In this document: one piece after another, positions 50,601 to 58,679 of the stretch
Layout of the letters: each line of letters begins with the position of its first letter
How positions within the stretch are numbered: position 1 is the stretch's first letter
DNA from: Candidatus Culexmicrobium cathedralense
GTDB taxonomy: Archaea > Thermoproteota > Methanomethylicia > Culexarchaeales > Culexmicrobiaceae
Length of the DNA stretch: 64,000 nucleotides
Direction: 5' to 3'
Assembly: GCA_025061115.1 (NCBI GenBank)
Contig: JANZKC010000002.1
Location: 416,001-480,000 of the forward strand
The notes under the pieces: generated by a model
What the model was told of the DNA's origin: nothing
The model's input: only the letters and a program-made list of their open reading frames with translations
The model's database searches: none
Made by a program: the position numbers and the translations under genes

Positions 50601-50804
50601 AATTACTTAGTCAAGTTAGATGATCTAGTAATTTTCCTAAATAACTTGAGTAAAATGATTTCTGATGCTATACTCTTCTCAAAGATCAGAAAAGTAACAG
50701 ATGACTTAAAGCAGATAGAGAGTGGTGTTAAAGAATTAATTAAATTCGTGCAGACTGGTATAGATTTACTCTTCACTTTAAACTTAAGGCGTATATTACG
50801 GTGA
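47679..50804 (+). CDS. SF2 DEAH-box helicase, DrmA/DpdJ/YprA-like, with Zn-finger insert
   Basis: LSEYQ, APTGTGKT, YPRKALARDQ, CPIC..CPSC, DEAH, SAT, HHADL, TSTLELGIDI and QRLGRAGR. Confidence 0.92.
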   Translation: MSNVQVPSIDDLMIGAYQELFLKELENVRATHQVLVHHSVPEVLQILHSYISQFKEKPIHLNANQLLMELAKRKLILIYPDGRVRTRNLELIIRAIYSRAYPSALSTLEYVILKPRESPLPSFEEREGNELRNIVYMYFRTFLDEQLATNLSEAFTNAFVKSIANKSSLEEGSLSEYQYINLKTLLNYASNKAPSISLLAAPTGTGKTWIFVLYAIARILEAKSKGEFSGVKVIILYPRKALARDQSERILKLLHFLNEELKLRGLQTYAISLGIWDRDSLQNWRKIAEIRMKAKGRNVEFRGIKCPICSAKLIYDEQREVIACPSCGLTFNFIGDIREWINKKQPDILITNFWALNYRLISRHYKQLLGNRVRCIIIDEAHVLKDLEGAFTAYLLCRLLLRLAMQYKGVSTIPSAPLKLDPNAEYNALDWIRDYIRDKSLTIILSSATISTAQTVSERNKDAIKFTSNLVYPKLFELFESLCKGMGLEPVIYHDYNDIYEKLYSARHPLGKVRRKIDVVIILAPHPSRGLETIAQSTTLCSLFWCKEFNQKFLLFTDNKEAIERLYHFINDIIIGERGEIYDHLFLTDKNPGARRSLLIHKSWKNYGEKLLSNGDMLIRALEDPLYWIIFSYPSYFNKIITKLRDINKALSQMNYKQSDHFNDLLNIAKASCDDIFWNRASRLSIHHADLDRSERQSIEERLKGADLIGVLCTSTLELGIDIDHISTIIQYKPPRTAENFIQRLGRAGRKPTTMYIATGFLLLSNFETLYLNERYSENALFNVRPKPLPLNNHRVRANAIFYTIIDMLAYLDYQTYYSSKARDANRTANRTHNIYRALLTYEKPIISIIASLFGLHSSIVKDEYQTLTDHIWVLYRNLSNITMGPISIKNIIYNTMETVQLTRDNLNKILSSMGENPNLFRDSEEYQRIISKMFKYLRFLNELYNGLHKLDLYCISNPEYLIRKRNDIRKNLNNYLVKLDDLVIFLNNLSKMISDAILFSKIRKVTDDLKQIESGVKELIKFVQTGIDLLFTLNLRRILR

Positions 50805-53311
50805 TAGTTATGAATAGAAGAAGTATTAGTCTCATTCATTTGCTTAGAGAAGGTGTGTCATTTAGAAGATTGTCGGATCCACTTCACATGGGAAAGAGTA
50901 CAGTTCAAGATTGCAAACTTATTATACGATACTCTCATGACCCTGATGGATTGAAAGAGAGCACTAAGTGGCCTATAACGGATGTCTTGTATACTTACTT
51001 GAGACCTTTAAATATTCGCCGACTTACAACTCCCCAAGGAAAGCAGTGGTGCATAATACTTCCTCCTTCACGTAGTCTTTACAGAGTTGAGTACTTTGAT
51101 CATACACGTAGAATAGTTAGAGTTAAACGAGTTCGACATTCAAGTATCAGGCTTAACTTATTAAATTATGTACCATATAAGTGCTATGACGATTCATGGT
51201 TTAACTATCAAACAAGTTCAGGAGTTTGGCGTGCATGTGCTCCTGAATTTATAACTTATATAACATTTGACATGCTACCCGATGCTAATAAGCCTCTATT
51301 ATACTTATGCTGTAGACGGCGCGGTCATAATCTTGAAGTTCTAAATCTCATATACATTTCAAGGCCTACCAAAAGTGTTGAAAGCATACCTGTCACATAC
51401 ACTTATGACTGTAAGTTTGTATGGATAGGAGCATCTAAAAGTGATCTGAAAAGCATGGGCTTCACAGAGCCACCAACAAATTATACAATCGAAGAAGTTT
51501 ACAGTAGAGGTTCGAGAGCAATTTACTTTGAAAGAAGGTATTCTTATGATGATTTGCTTGACAATTCAAGTGTTACTAGAGCTTTGAGATCATATGCTAT
51601 AGTTAAAGTTTATATAGAGCCAGTAAGGGAATTAGGGTATCCACCTGTACTTATCTTGCACATGGATAATGCAGGCTTATATGTGCGTAGAGTTCCTAAG
51701 ATATGCTTTAAAAAAGTTCTTTTAGGCTCCCGTTTAAGAGCAATGATTACAATGCTATCATCAGCACCTATATTCATTAATATGCACACATATCCTCAAA
51801 GAGCTACAATGGGCGGAGGATTAGGTGTAAGAATTATTAATAGCGAAGGATTTGAAATTCTCTTCGAAAAGAGGGCATTTAGAAAACTAATTGAGGGTAT
51901 TGTACTAAGCGATATTAAGTTGTTGAAGACGCTTCTACTAAAATATGTTTTAATAAAATACTGTTATGATAGAAGGGAAGACTATTATGATTTCTTAGCA
52001 ATATCAGACTTAATCCTCACATTAATTCAAGGCGATCCAGAGAATAAGTTAAGGAATTATAGTAAAGCATTATATGCCATAGATGTAGATGAAGTTATAG
52101 CTAATTTGAGGAGAGCACCTGAAGATTATGATCGATTCATAAATTACGTTGTTGAGGTAGCCCTCAACTCATTAGCTCATATTCTTCTAAAAGTAATTAC
52201 AGCGCACACACTTAATACTCAACTGAAAAATTTCACTTTATATGTTGATACTCAGTACAAGGCAAGAATCAATGGAGAGGAAGATGAGTATTACGCTATA
52301 CTGGTCTTGGAAAATTCACATGAAGGCCTAGGCTTTATAGAGCAACTAAGTGCACTACTATCACAAGATACTCAGATAAACATAGTTAAATACATCATAA
52401 AACCCGCTCTTCAAATGTTAATAGATGATAAAACTGGTAAAGACTTCTGCTCCATGCACTATGAAGCTTATAGAAGGAAGGACAAGAGCTTAGTTGATGC
52501 ACTATGCGGCAGAAATCCAGACTTGAATCAACTAAGAGATTACGTGAGAAACCTTGTAAATGAATGGAGAAAGCACTTAAAAATAGATTTTCCATCAGAT
52601 TTCATACGACCCCTACTCCAACACTACCTAAAAATTGTCAATCCATCTCTACGCAGAAAACTTAACACAGATGCATTCCTCCGTGGATCAATACCTCAAG
52701 TCTATAATGTTGAAGTACCATTCTGTTGGGATGGTTGTGAGCAATGCATTAGATTGAGAGACGCTTACTTGTTGACACCAATAGAGCAAATATTCAACTT
52801 ATCCAAAAAACTACTAGTACGTATAATAAATGTACTCTACGATCTACTTGATCCAAGCAAGAAAGCACTCCATAGAACTGGAAGTGGCTTAGGTCAAGAA
52901 GTTTTAAAGCTCTTAAGCTCGGCAAGTACTGAAATAAGGATAATGTGTCCATGGATATCACCTGACATAGCTCAATACTTAATTGATATTGCGCAAAATA
53001 AGGGATTAAAAATAAGAATTATAACACATCCCCCAAGCAGAAATGAACCTCTTCCCCACATAAACGCAGTAAGCATACTCGAAAAGGCAGCTAAACAGTT
53101 AAATATAATTAAAATAGCATACAATGAAAAAATTCATGCAAAAACAATAATTATAGATGATACGTTATTAATAACTGGCTCAATGAACTTAACAAAACGT
53201 GGAACAGAAATAAACATAGAAAGCATAACCATATTCAAATGCAAATCCACAATATACACAAGCATTGTAGATTACGAATTACAGTGGTGGGTTTCATTAA
53301 ATAAAACCTAA
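50801..53311 (+). CDS. DUF1998 (MZB)-like domain fused to a PLD-family nuclease
   Basis: NSLAHILLK, LENSHEGLG, FC...CWDGCEQC; then I.IMCPWIS, HAKTIIIDD (HKD) and GSMNLT. Confidence 0.85.
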   Translation: MIVMNRRSISLIHLLREGVSFRRLSDPLHMGKSTVQDCKLIIRYSHDPDGLKESTKWPITDVLYTYLRPLNIRRLTTPQGKQWCIILPPSRSLYRVEYFDHTRRIVRVKRVRHSSIRLNLLNYVPYKCYDDSWFNYQTSSGVWRACAPEFITYITFDMLPDANKPLLYLCCRRRGHNLEVLNLIYISRPTKSVESIPVTYTYDCKFVWIGASKSDLKSMGFTEPPTNYTIEEVYSRGSRAIYFERRYSYDDLLDNSSVTRALRSYAIVKVYIEPVRELGYPPVLILHMDNAGLYVRRVPKICFKKVLLGSRLRAMITMLSSAPIFINMHTYPQRATMGGGLGVRIINSEGFEILFEKRAFRKLIEGIVLSDIKLLKTLLLKYVLIKYCYDRREDYYDFLAISDLILTLIQGDPENKLRNYSKALYAIDVDEVIANLRRAPEDYDRFINYVVEVALNSLAHILLKVITAHTLNTQLKNFTLYVDTQYKARINGEEDEYYAILVLENSHEGLGFIEQLSALLSQDTQINIVKYIIKPALQMLIDDKTGKDFCSMHYEAYRRKDKSLVDALCGRNPDLNQLRDYVRNLVNEWRKHLKIDFPSDFIRPLLQHYLKIVNPSLRRKLNTDAFLRGSIPQVYNVEVPFCWDGCEQCIRLRDAYLLTPIEQIFNLSKKLLVRIINVLYDLLDPSKKALHRTGSGLGQEVLKLLSSASTEIRIMCPWISPDIAQYLIDIAQNKGLKIRIITHPPSRNEPLPHINAVSILEKAAKQLNIIKIAYNEKIHAKTIIIDDTLLITGSMNLTKRGTEINIESITIFKCKSTIYTSIVDYELQWWVSLNKT

Positions 53312-53436
53312 AACCTCCAAATAAACTCCGGACAAAATCCATGATAAAATCGTCAACCAGTTTAATCACCGCTATATATTTGTTCATAGCTCAATTTCTT
53401 AGAAAAATACTTTGTCTATAGGTTAGGTGAAATAGT

Positions 53437-54751
53437 ATGAGCAAAAATAAAAGTAGAAATGAGTATAAACTAATCTACTTCGTACCACTAATCATAGTAT
53501 TAATAGGTGTCGTAGCATTTTTTATCGTTAATGAAATTCTTAAACCAAAAATAATTGGTGAAGTTGTTGAAGAATTATCATTAACTGAAATTATTCCTAC
53601 TAGTCATGAAGAAGCAATAAAAATTATGCCTAAACTATTCAAGTAAAATTGGGAAAATACTAGTAACCTACTTTGAAGATCAAATACAAACTGGCCCAAT
53701 AATTGACAATGGATATCTAATATTCAAGGAACCAATACCAGTTTACATGAATAGTGGATGGTTAACGATTAAAGTAAAAATACTGGAAGCAGAACCAGAG
53801 GACTACACGTTGATGTGGGTATTTGACAAAAACTATACGATAACATTTGAATGGAGCAAATATTATGTTGGGGCTATACTATTTGAGGGATTAGTAGATA
53901 GGGTTCGTGTAGCTGAATGTTTTAGCATAATAGCACCAAATTTTACATATAGCATTAAATGTCTAGTTCTACCAAAAAGATATCAGCCACCAAGTTTTCC
54001 AGCATTTGGGAAAACCTACACGATAACAATTCCAGCTTGGATTGAATTCAAAGTACACGCTAATACTATTGATGAAATTCTCGAGAACTTACCAGCAATT
54101 CTACGTGATTTAGCTGATGAAGTTGATCAAGGATTTAGTCCACATCAAGCTTTAGAGAGATTATTTGAAAACGCCACTTACGGTAAATTCACGGACAAAT
54201 TCATAGCACTCCTAGTTAAGCGTGCAAGAGTATTTGGCTCACTAAGAGACTCCCTAACTGGAATAGAGCACCTACTACCAGTTCAAGCGAGACTAGCTTT
54301 ATGGCTAATTATTCTGGGGGAGGAATTGGGTGCAACTTCAAGTGTATATCATGAATTAGCAGATGCAATGCACGAATATTATTTGTCATTGAAAAGCTTC
54401 AAGCGTAGCTGCCAAGGATTTAGGTGGATGGCAATTGGACTAGTAGCCCTAACAATAGGTTTAGTAATAACGTTATTCTCAACACTAATTTCAAGAATAA
54501 GCATTATCAGTGAACTAGCATTTAAAGCTGAAGGAATAATTTCATTACCATTCAATATTGCCGGCCTAACACAATTACCAACAATTAAGGATTGGATTTA
54601 CGCATCAGTAGCATTGAATTCAATTGTTCTAGCATTAACAGCAGGTAAAACGCTTGACTGGAGGTTGGGTGGAGCATTTAGGGATGTAGCACTAGTGTCA
54701 ACAATAATACTGTTAGCTCTAATATTCGGCTTAATCTTTAGATTACTATGA
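53437..54751 (+). pseudogene. Frameshifted chimeric gene: membrane-anchored protein joined to a type II secretion system F (TadC/FlaJ-like) C-terminal half
   Basis: Removing one A near 53633 joins the two ORFs; the distal part ENLPAILRDLADEVDQGFSP.QAL.....YG...3 TM is T2SSF-like. Confidence 0.6.
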
Positions 54752-54907
54752 TTTATGCATTAAATCTTCAATAGTGCTATTGATTTTTGAGATTATTGCT
54801 TCATAAATTTCATCATCACTAGCATTCAAATTGTATGTTGCAAGAAGTTCATCATCACCGAAAATAGAAACTTTACCATTAACAATAACCACAAAAATAC
54901 TCCTCAA
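54746..54907 (-). CDS. 53-aa acidic hypothetical protein (not in the ORF track)
   Basis: MRSIFVVIVNGKVSIFGDDELLATYNLNASDDEIYEAIISKINSTIEDLMHKS* after a GGTGA SD; divergent from the RHH gene. Confidence 0.45.
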   Translation of the reverse strand: MRSIFVVIVNGKVSIFGDDELLATYNLNASDDEIYEAIISKINSTIEDLMHKS

Positions 54908-55109
54908 ATATTCTTCACCCCAAGCTCTATTTGTGAATTTGTGCGTGTGTAAATACTATAGTATCTGAGTCGGTATGTTCATTAGATATTATGAATTTAA
55001 TGATTCACGAACCATGTTAATGTTCATGGTAAGCGAATATATTATAGCATGCTATTCATGAATTCAAGCAACTTAAATACTCTAATGCAGTCTATAAGGG
55101 AATTCATTA

Positions 55110-55538
55110 ATGACTGTTGGAGATAAAAAGATTATTACTAAGAGTGATAAAGTAGCACTACAAGTATTAATTCCTAAAGAGTTGTATGATGAACTCATAA
55201 GAATAGCAATTGAAGAGTATGGTTCAGTGAAGGGTGCAGTTTCAAATTTAGTTGAAAGAGCAATTAGGATATATCTTGGACCTAAAATGCACACACAAAT
55301 ACGCACAAATCCACCCAATAAAATACGCCAAATATACGACAAAGTAATTGAAAGAGTTAAGGAATTGTTAGGTATTGATTTTAAACCATATCATGTTCCA
55401 ACTAAGCTATTTGAGCAGGCAATAGCAATGGAGCGTGGAAGTGATCCAAGAACAATTAGTAAGTGGATTAGCACGTTCAAGAGATTTAAACTAATAAAAT
55501 TCGTAGATCAATACGGGAAAGTATTAGAGCTTCTCTAA
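55110..55538 (+). CDS. Ribbon-helix-helix plus wHTH DNA-binding protein (plasmid/virus type)
   Basis: VALQVLIPKELYDEL...KGAVSNLVERAIRIYL and C-terminal GSDPRTISKW...FKLI. Confidence 0.75.
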   Translation: MTVGDKKIITKSDKVALQVLIPKELYDELIRIAIEEYGSVKGAVSNLVERAIRIYLGPKMHTQIRTNPPNKIRQIYDKVIERVKELLGIDFKPYHVPTKLFEQAIAMERGSDPRTISKWISTFKRFKLIKFVDQYGKVLELL

Positions 55539-56114
55539 CTAGAGTTTGGGAATATTTCCAAATTTGATAATCTATTAGTTATTTCTTTAGAAACAATCGT
55601 GCAAACCTTTTACTTATTAGTTTAACTCCAAATTTACATGCAACATTAATGAAAGGATTTTGAATTAGATTACACATTGAAGTCTCTTACTTCGTTTAAA
55701 ATCTCTACAAGCCTCCTCCATTGCAATTCTGGCGAGCTCCTATGTGTATGTTGAGTATAATCCATCTTCAACATAGTCATAAATATTCTCGTTGATATGA
55801 TCATGATATCCACATGTTTTATAATCTCTCACACGGCGCTCTAAATAGCTTAGGTGTAATTTGTTTTCATAATCATTGGAATCGTTCCCCACGATGTTGT
55901 CTTTATTTATTTTAACTACATTTCTGTTCGGATAAGAACTTGGACTTAAGTAAGCGGGTTGGTTTTTAACCATTAATTAACACTGTATAGCCCTTATGGT
56001 CAGGAAGATTTTTAATGAGGTACTTTTAAGTTCTAAGACTGTCATCTCATGCAATTAACTTCAGATTTCGCAACTAGCTTTCTAATTTTAATTTAATGAT
56101 TATTTTGTTGAATT

Positions 56115-56612
56115 TTATTTTTGCTTTAGTTGTTTAATCTTGTAGATGTTTAATATTTTGATAGTTAGTAGGTAGAATGGTATGCTTATTATAATTGTTA
56201 TAATTAGTATTTTAATTATTATTTGCGGCTCTCTAATTGCTGCAGTTGCAAGAAAGCCTAACAATATCGTGGGTATGAATCCTCCACTTGATGATAGCAT
56301 TAGGAGTAGCATTTGAATCCAAAATGGAATTCTGTAATTTAAATATATGATGCAGGCAATCATTATTGAAAGCGTAGATATTATGGTTAAAATTAATAGG
56401 ATTATTAGTGATTTAATTGATTTATGAAACTTCATTTTATAAGCTAGGTAAGCATTAATTAAACCGATTATAGATAATGGATTAAATATTGGTGGTACCA
56501 TGAAAAATGACATGATAAAGCTATTTACAATAGCAAGTATAAAAAGTATGTTAACTAGCAGTGGGTTAGGTTTAAGCATTACTATCACTTCACGGCTTTT
56601 TCTTGCCCTCAA
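56115..56612 (-). CDS. Hypothetical membrane protein
   Basis: Five hydrophobic segments; true start probably MLKPNP. Confidence 0.55.
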   Translation of the reverse strand: MRARKSREVIVMLKPNPLLVNILFILAIVNSFIMSFFMVPPIFNPLSIIGLINAYLAYKMKFHKSIKSLIILLILTIISTLSIMIACIIYLNYRIPFWIQMLLLMLSSSGGFIPTILLGFLATAAIREPQIIIKILIITIIISIPFYLLTIKILNIYKIKQLKQK

Positions 56613-57093
56613 CTATGATGAAGATTTTCCAATTACCTGTTAATAGTTTACTAGATTTTAATTTTAACAAATCACCCCGTCTTAATTCAACATAGTTATC
56701 ATCGCTTTTAATTATTTGATTAACTACATCACCTTGAATCGAATGAATTGCTTCACATAATTGAAAGACGAAACCTATATTGGATTCATTTACAGCTATC
56801 ACTGTAATTTTGTCAATAAGTAATGTATGGTTTTCTTGTACCAGCATCCTTAGTACAAGCTTTCTATATTCTCGATGGGTCATTAGCTCCATTACTTTAG
56901 ATACATCAATTATATCACGGTCACTATGAAGCATTAGATTGCAAGAATCCTTCCAATTGCTTCCCGTCCAAACTTGAACATGCAATCCCGCAGTTGATGT
57001 TAATGAAGGATCAACTTCATAGAATACTCTCAAATATGAAAAATATGCTTCTGAATACCCCATGTGCTCCTCTACAACATCTTCAACTTGCAT
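56590..57093 (-). CDS. Hypothetical protein, possibly a surface-protein fragment
   Basis: Beta-rich 167-aa ORF (VQVWTGSNW). Confidence 0.4.
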   Translation of the reverse strand: MQVEDVVEEHMGYSEAYFSYLRVFYEVDPSLTSTAGLHVQVWTGSNWKDSCNLMLHSDRDIIDVSKVMELMTHREYRKLVLRMLVQENHTLLIDKITVIAVNESNIGFVFQLCEAIHSIQGDVVNQIIKSDDNYVELRRGDLLKLKSSKLLTGNWKIFIIVEGKKKP

Positions 57094-57283
57094 TAATTTG
57101 CATTTCCATATAATTAAAATAAATATATATTCTCTTGCTCTTGTGCAGCAAATACAGCATCTCTTAAAGCATTATAAATCATTCCGATTGATCTATCTAA
57201 TATTGATGTTTAGATGATTGATGAGCTAAACTATTGAATAGTTTCACTGATTTGAGTGTGGAAAGTTGCATATTTGCTTTAAG

Positions 57284-57790
57284 CTAATCAGCTGAGCTTT
57301 CGAGTAATTTTGTAAAAAGTGTTATGTAATACACTGTTCCTAGTGCGCCCATTAGCATACAAACCGTCATTATGTGTATTGCTAAGCTTGGATTATATAG
57401 TGGATTAATCTTTAGTGGGTAGAGCGGCTTTATGTCACTGTATAATGGTGAGTCCAGCAATACGTGGAGCAGTGTGCCTGAAATTCCTGCCAAACTAAAC
57501 GACTTTAGGCTTAAGGGTTTTTCGGGTATGAGCAGTAGTGCTTTCCATAATGAATTTAAGAGTTTATCTAACGCGAACATGATATAGCCTAAAGCTAAGC
57601 CCAATAATATTGCCGCGATAAGCGTATGCATATATCCGTGAAGCGGATACCTCAGTCTTAGAACAAGAATTAGAAATGGTTCAATGTCAATGATTACGTT
57701 AGCTATTATGAATGTCGGTGCATGCATGCGCTTCTTAAATGCCAATCCTAAAGCCAATCCAGGACCTAAATGGAGAGGAGTGAATGGCAC
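57284..57790 (-). CDS. Membrane-bound metal-dependent hydrolase-like protein
   Basis: MPFTPLHLGPG, DIEP, LHGYMHT and HVLLDS. Confidence 0.8.
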   Translation of the reverse strand: MPFTPLHLGPGLALGLAFKKRMHAPTFIIANVIIDIEPFLILVLRLRYPLHGYMHTLIAAILLGLALGYIMFALDKLLNSLWKALLLIPEKPLSLKSFSLAGISGTLLHVLLDSPLYSDIKPLYPLKINPLYNPSLAIHIMTVCMLMGALGTVYYITLFTKLLESSAD

Positions 57791-57939
57791 TTTGATCCCA
57801 GAATTTAATATAAAATTTAATTAACTTAAAGATTTAATAGCAACTACTTCAACTTTACCTCACATGACATTCATTATGTTTAGCAAAATGATAATAAATT
57901 TATTCTTAATATCATCATTAATTTTTAATTGGGATCTAA

Positions 57940-58326
57940 ATGGCTAAAGATAGTAGCAAGACAATGGCCGTTCGCTTGGGTGATAAGAAATATTATGTTT
58001 GTAGTATTGAGGAGGCGCTGAAGAAAAAGTCTGGAACTAGAGTCTGCGTTAAAGGTAGAGTGAAAGGTAAAGTTATCATTGAAGTTAGGCGGGCGGGATG
58101 GCCATTTTCTTGGGGTTCAAGGCATATTGAAAAAGATCATTATCACGTGACGAAGTTTTACTTGGAGAACCTTCAGGTGATTTATGAGGGAATCGCATTA
58201 TTGAAGGATAAAGACGAAGTTAAGGTTTATGGGAAAGTTGAAACCGAAGCGGATCTTGGAAGAGTTTATCGAGTACTGTATGCAGATAGAATAGAGTTGG
58301 ATGACGTAATATATTCCGTAGGCTAA
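57940..58326 (+). CDS. OB-fold-like hypothetical protein
   Basis: G.RV.VKGRV...V.Y.G....KD.D.V.VYG.......ADRIE pattern. Confidence 0.55.
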   Translation: MAKDSSKTMAVRLGDKKYYVCSIEEALKKKSGTRVCVKGRVKGKVIIEVRRAGWPFSWGSRHIEKDHYHVTKFYLENLQVIYEGIALLKDKDEVKVYGKVETEADLGRVYRVLYADRIELDDVIYSVG

Positions 58327-58679
58327 CATCCCACTACCCCACCATAAAAAGGAACGTTGAACGTACCGTCATAGCTATGAAGTAAGGACTATAAGTTAAC
58401 TTGCTTTAAAGAACTCTGCTTCAATTCTAACTCTATAACCTTACTTCTTCAACACTGAAACTGCAAGAGCATTATTTGCTATTATCTTGAAATCAGGTTT
58501 AACCTTGCCATATCTCTTAAACTTGAATGCTAGTTATTGCCGAAATACTTTTCAAATCCTTAATTTCAACAATATTTAACAGATAAAATTTGACCATTCA
58601 TACTATGAAATTAAAATTAATGAAATTGAATAGTAAAGATAATTAATAAAATTACTTCTAAATTATTTGAGGTTTAAAA

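Larger units (their letters stand above)
42979..58345. mobile_element. AT-rich integrated element (defence island) at tRNA-Val(GAC)
   Basis: Integrase immediately 3' of the tRNA; visibly lower GC; candidate eroded attR ATCCCACTACCCCACCA at 58328-58344; host-like genes resume at 58680. Confidence 0.75.
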
